In this document: positions 36,001-39,785 of the stretch, in pieces
Numbering within the stretch: position 1 is the first letter of the stretch
How the letters are laid out: each line of letters starts with the position of its first letter
Assembly: GCA_000165425.1 (NCBI GenBank)
Contig: CT868666.1
Span: 310,001 to 349,785 of the forward strand
Source of the DNA: Paramecium tetraurelia
Taxonomy: Eukaryota
Direction: 5' to 3'
Length of the DNA: 39,785 nucleotides
Made by a program: the position numbers and the translations under genes
Notes under the pieces: generated by a model
What the model was told of the DNA's origin: nothing
The model's input: only the letters and a program-made list of their open reading frames with translations
The model's database searches: none

Positions 36001-36352
36001 TTGGTTTAGTAATAAAAAATGTTTCAGAAAGGATTAAACAAAATAATAATTAGTTTTTGAATGCTATGGTAATTAAAATTCCCCTCTCAGAAAGATTTAA
36101 ATATGGAAATAAATTCACCTTATTATTTATTTCTTATTCAATTTCTATTTCAATTTCTTTATGAGATCCAAAATACCCTTTTATTTAAACAAGTTAACCT
36201 TCTTTGATGATGTTACAATAAGAAGGTTTATTTAGAAAATCAATTTTGTCAAGCTAAAGGTCCTATGCATTATCCGTCTTTATTAAATATAATAAGGATA
36301 TTTGAATATTTTCCTGAATTGAATTCATATTTTTTTTAGGAAATTTTCTCAT
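30040..36352 (-). CDS. Giant VLIG/GVIN- (GBP/RHD3-superfamily) type GTPase with coiled coil, Cys/His-rich repeats and C-terminal VWA domain, about 2,100 aa; one +1 frameshift at 31036-31042
   Basis: G1 VVGIIGKQSSGKSYLLN (core 34031-34054), G2 RFSVSSARCTDGIW, G3 ILDCEGL, G4 FVLRDV. Coiled coil ~32000-32900. Repeats such as HKCDQVCQVCPDQICDNKAGH and HPCKEKCQYCAKDC (~31080-31930). VWA VAFVIDSTGSM...VSYKDH...GGGDAPEAVLDGL...IADAPPHG. Span minus one base is 6312 nt, divisible by 3, with no intron needed. Alternative start at 36328. Confidence 0.85.
30057..30131. repeat. Perfect 36-nt direct repeat, 39-nt period, in frame at the C-terminus of the GTPase-VWA gene
   Basis: atgtaatctcggtgtgagtcaaatatttacatacat at 30057-30092 and 30096-30131. 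Encodes VCKYLTHTEIT twice. Confidence 0.95.
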
Positions 36353-37422
36353 CAATTTTCTTTTTCAAGAAATCTAATAGAATTAGAACCTTTTAAATTA
36401 TATATTGAGAAAACTAAAGTATTATAATGACTTTTCTTTAACAATTTTAGAATTATCAGATGAAAAATTGAGTTAGAAGAATAATGTCATGTAAATTTCT
36501 TTGATGATAGATTTCAGAAAATTGTAAATTAAACCTAGATGATTAAAATAACAATGCTATTATTATTTTTTTACCATAAGAATAATTAGAATCGAAATAC
36601 TGCATTTTGATGTTGAAAATATTCATCTTTAAATTTATGCTTTTACAATATACTTCATTTATAAATTAGACTTTTGCAACTTTAAAAAAATAGATGAATA
36701 ATAATATGCTTAAAATAATGATTAAACAAATGCAGAATATATTCAACATAAACCCTATCTTTTTTAAAATTTATCTTTTCGACTGAAAACAACAACTAAG
36801 TATCATTTTTTTTCCATTATAATTTTATTATAAAGATATTTACGAGGCTTTTATCTGAAAAAATTTTATAATTATTCTTTACAATTTATAATAATATTTT
36901 AGTATTTGTGTTTATCAAATATTATCAAATTTTATAATTAAAAGTATAATCTATATGTACACATAATTTAAGAGCATTTTAATTCTGAAAATTAATTACA
37001 TATAAAATAAATGCTATATAAAAATTTAGAACAATCTAATTTTTTCATCTATGGTGTGACTTTTTACTAACAAAATTGTTTTTAGATGAGAAACTATTAT
37101 GAAATTTCAATTAAATTATTAGGTAAACAATTTCTGTATAAAGATATATTTAAGTATAAATACATTAATCATATTTTAAGAAAGTAAATGATATTAGAAG
37201 TAATAATATCTTTATAAAGTAAGCTTATTGCTGTAGCATGCCTCTTATGTGAACAACTTTCTATAGATATTTATGAACAAAAGATGCGAATAATTTTATC
37301 CAACATACATCTGTGAATGAAAAAAAGACTCTTAAGCAAAAATAAAGTTTTATGTGCTTGAATTATTCTTTTAAGGTAAGAAGGAAAATTTAATCATCTT
37401 TTTAATAATTTACCCTCAAGAA

Positions 37423-37511
37423 TGGCTTATAACTGTTTTTCTAAGACGCCAGTAATATGGTCGGGCCAAGGCTACCTGGCATATAACTGTCTCTCTAAGA
37501 CACCAGCAATA
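37423..37511. repeat. Imperfect 35-nt direct repeat, 54-nt period, in subtelomeric DNA
   Basis: tggcttataactgtttttctaagacgccagtaata (37423-37457) versus tggcatataactgtctctctaagacaccagcaata (37477-37511). Confidence 0.85.
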
Positions 37512-39237
37512 GAGAAAAAATACAAAATTGCCGATCCCCTATATGCATTGCCGATGGAATAGGAATGAAATTGGCATGAATTAGAGGATTACATAGCCGA
37601 TTAAATGTATTATGCGAATATATAGAGAATAAAACAGGAATGAAATCGGCAATGAAAATGTGATGAAATAATTGATGAATTAGGTGAATAAATAACATGA
37701 ATTAAGAGATGTAATTAAGAAATAGAATAAAAATAAGGTTAAGAATTACTATGAAGTTATGATCAGATAATAAATTTATCTCAAAAAATACCATTTTTTA
37801 AATTCCAATAAACAGTCTTCAAGAAAAATAGGAAATAAATTAGGGAAAGCAATTAATAATTTCATTGATTCTCTCAAAAGTTAAATCTTTTTTGTTGTTC
37901 ATAAACTATTATTTGATAAAGTGATACAATATATTGCAAAATTGGCATGTGTTCTCATAAGAATCTCTAGAAAACAATAATACTATGTTCTAATCGCACT
38001 TTTGGTATGACTCAACAAAAGTTTGAAATTTGGAAGATAGCTCAATAGAAGGATAATCAAAATATGCAAATGCAACGCTGCAACAATATCTTAATTAAAA
38101 ATCCATAAAGAAACAATAGCACAGGTTTGCAATATGTAATATTTACTATATAAGCACTTCTGTTCATTTTTACTTTTGAATCATAATCATACCCTTATTT
38201 AGAAGAATCACAAGTCAATTATGCAATTTCCTATAAGTTTTCCACATTCCCATCAAATATCAATGTTGAAAAGGAATTTGTTATAATAAATATGCCTATA
38301 ATTAAGGTAAAGCTTATTGCTAATTATTAAAGTAGTCATTCTAATAGATATAAATTGTGAGATGTTGATTACTTCAATTTGAATGGAATTCATCATAAAA
38401 TATCAGCTCCAGTATTTATGGTAGTGTGAATTAGAAGTTGCTGATCAATTATTACCATCCTATATGACACATCTTTTATGATACATTCTTTACATCACTA
38501 TCAAAATGTAAATAAAAAAAATTTAAGAAGTAAGCAAAAAATAAAACATTTCATCGATAATGTCATAATTTTCATGTCTCGAGGAGCCACCTCCTAGGCC
38601 TAACCTGCTATGTGAGGATCTGAGTTAGGCTTAGAGTAGACATGATGATGTCTAAAGGATTGGTGAAAGAAAAGAGGAAGGAAGTAAGGTGAAGTTTTAG
38701 ATGAATCCCCTCCAATCAACCCGGTTGAGCCAAGAAGCTCAAAAGAAATGTTGAATTTTGTAAGAAGTCTGCATAGCAAATTGTGTATTTATTTGATGTA
38801 ATACATGTTACTTTAATGGTTCGAAATGTAGGCTTGATTTTAGGCACATTAAATCATCACAGATAACCAAAGTAGATATTAATTTGATGCAACTCATTAC
38901 AAATTAGCAGAAGGTATAAAACATGAATATCTATAGGAATCATATGAAGTAAACATCAAAAGATTCCAAAGAAAGATTACATTGCTATGGCAAATGTTTC
39001 ACTAAACTATCACTTCATTGTTTCCACAATTACATTAGAAAGAAGATATGAAAAGCTTTTATCATTAAGCTAAATCAGATGGTCAGAAATAATAAGTAGA
39101 TATTATTTGCTTTACAGAATGAGAGTATGTTAATTTGAAAGTGAGCAGTAAATTAAGTCTATTACATCACTTAAAGGAACAAATTTATCATTTTTTAAGG
39201 GAAAATTAACTTTTATTTTGTTAGGGAATTTTTTTCT

Positions 39238-39285
39238 CCAAATAAAGTTGACTGAGGACATCCCAAATAAAAGGTGACCGAGGAC
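39238..39285. repeat. Imperfect ~22-nt direct repeat near the telomere
   Basis: ccaaataaagttgactgaggac (39238-39259) versus ccaaataaaaggtgaccgaggac (39263-39285), followed by ccatagcccatagcc. Confidence 0.75.
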
Positions 39286-39740
39286 CATAGCCCATAGCCG
39301 TCAATGCACACTTTTAGATGTGCACGGAAGAGGTCGAAAGACACCTATTAACGGAGACGATATCAATGTGACACAAAATAGGGATCCATGATGTTAGAAA
39401 GACCATATCCATATATAGACAGATAGGAAATACAGGTGAAACTCTGGCCGTCGATGACTTAGCTGGGGCTAGATACCCAAAAGAAGGATTAATTACTCGA
39501 GAGTAGAGAGAACAAGAAAAATTTTTCCGATATGAGATTAATCCAATATGAATGACTTCTGAGGTGTCATTAGGAATCGAGGGGAGAAAATGACAGAATG
39601 GATGTGGAGAAAATTAAGAATCCCCTAAAATCCTACGGAAGTGGATATCGAAGTATGGAGCTGTCAGAGAAAATGTAAAAAAGAAAAAAAAAATAGGGAA
39701 TAATTTTTTGGATTTCGATAATAGAAATGAGTTCTGAAAG

Positions 39741-39778
39741 TTTGGGTTTGGGTTTGGGGTTGGGGTTGGGTTTGGGTT
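39741..39778 (+). repeat. Macronuclear telomere, mixed GGGTTT/GGGGTT hexamers (Paramecium type)
   Basis: ttt GGGTTT GGGTTT GGGGTT GGGGTT GGGTTT GGGTT at the window end, with the G-rich strand running 5'->3' toward the end. Confidence 0.93.
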
Positions 39779-39785
39779 AAAGGTT

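Noticed and set aside
37422..39740. TGA-as-Trp or readthrough genes (e.g. mitochondrial or endosymbiont insert) in the subtelomere
   Set aside because: The frames also contain many TAA/TAG codons and no recognisable organellar or bacterial protein. Decay is the simpler explanation.

Overview
This window is eukaryotic: it reads as the right-hand end of a Paramecium macronuclear chromosome. Evidence: TAA/TAG read as Gln with TGA the only stop (ciliate code, table 6), 20-31 nt GT..AG introns, very short intergenic spacers, AT-rich DNA, and terminal mixed GGGTTT/GGGGTT telomere repeats. The supplied ORF track treats TAA/TAG as stops and ignores introns, so it fragments or misses nearly every gene; I retranslated by hand. 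I find about 17 genes: ACX4-like acyl-CoA oxidase/dehydrogenase, KIF12-like kinesin, CBM20 protein, a ~2,790-aa NACHT-pentapeptide-WD40 (NLR-like) protein, a BLUF-fold TEX47/DYBLUF-like protein, a kinase with two homopolymer frameshifts, V-ATPase D, a predicted lipid-anchored PH-pseudokinase, an Aurora-like kinase, an RS-rich C2H2 protein, an FSH1/OVCA2 hydrolase, an S10 carboxypeptidase, three hypothetical genes, and a ~2,100-aa VLIG/GBP-type GTPase with Cys/His-rich repeats and a C-terminal VWA domain. About 3.4 kb of degenerate subtelomeric DNA and the telomere follow. The most interesting signal is the pair of giant, nearly intron-less, innate-immunity-like genes close to the telomere. All family calls come from motif recognition by eye, not from database searches.
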